DNA of 63,960 bases, filler included, from an uncultured bacterium (GTDB lineage Bacteria > Latescibacterota > UBA2968): NCBI GenBank assembly GCA_964471275.1. It is 5 parts of 5 records of this genome, joined end to end, with 100 filler letters (N's around TTAATTAATTAA, not from the genome) between each part and the next. Parts side by side here need not be neighbours in the genome. Positions count along the whole stretch, not along the records: positions 58,309 to 63,960 come from CAYYGZ010000270.1; 4 more parts are not named here. One strand, 5' to 3'. Made by a program: the position numbers and the translations under genes. Below, in pieces: positions 63,657-63,960 of the stretch. The notes beneath the pieces were generated by a model that saw only the letters and a list, made by a program, of their open reading frames with translations, did not search any database and was not told where the DNA came from. Positions within the stretch are counted from its first letter, which is position 1, and every line of letters starts with the position of its first letter.

Positions 63657-63960
63657 TTCATGAAAGAGTGTCAGTGCCCGGCAGGCAGGACTGGGGGGCA
63701 GGCTCGCCCAGGGCCGATAATGGGTTCATCACCAGGCTCATTCCGAACATCGAAGATTAACCAGACCGAGGTGCGGAAATTGTCCTATCTCGGGGATACG
63801 GTGAGTGATCCCCGAACGAGGCCAGGCGTCAATCGCCCGGGAAGCCAGTCCCGAGTTGACTGAGATCGAGGGCCCAGAGCTTCGCGGTATGGACCCCGGA
63901 TCACCATTCAGGATGCCATCGACGCTCCGCTAGATGCCAATACTCCTGGTGCGATCGGGT

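Overview
GC-rich bacterial DNA made of five contigs joined by N-padded TTAATTAATTAA linkers (gaps 14603-14702, 29287-29386, 43768-43867, 58209-58308), so synteny across the linkers is not informative. The gene content (three sulfatases, two PhyH dioxygenases, Gfo/Idh/MocA, group II GGGP synthase, LptE, an Omp85 fragment) suggests a diderm of the FCB supergroup such as Latescibacterota; this is an inference. Contig 1 is a core cluster: pgpA, broken thpR, recA, recX, alaS, GGGPS, PfkB kinase, ptsH, ptsI, a nucleotidyltransferase, metK and ahcY. Contigs 2-3 are accessory metabolism plus a TetM-like GTPase next to a decayed APH(6)-like kinase. Contig 4 has a DinG fusion, a putative sulfated-sugar catabolic operon, queA, ispDF, dedA, ddl, an integrase remnant and a partial tRNA-Thr. 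Contig 5 has a penicillin-acylase homologue lacking the catalytic motif, DUF1844, lptE and an Eis-like GNAT. The most notable unexplained signal is a ~315-nt extensively base-paired intergenic element (26731-27045) with a second diverged copy at 52013-52202: a candidate new structured ncRNA or repeat family. Several pseudogenes, IS fragments at contig edges and a candidate SOS box in the recA promoter are also seen.
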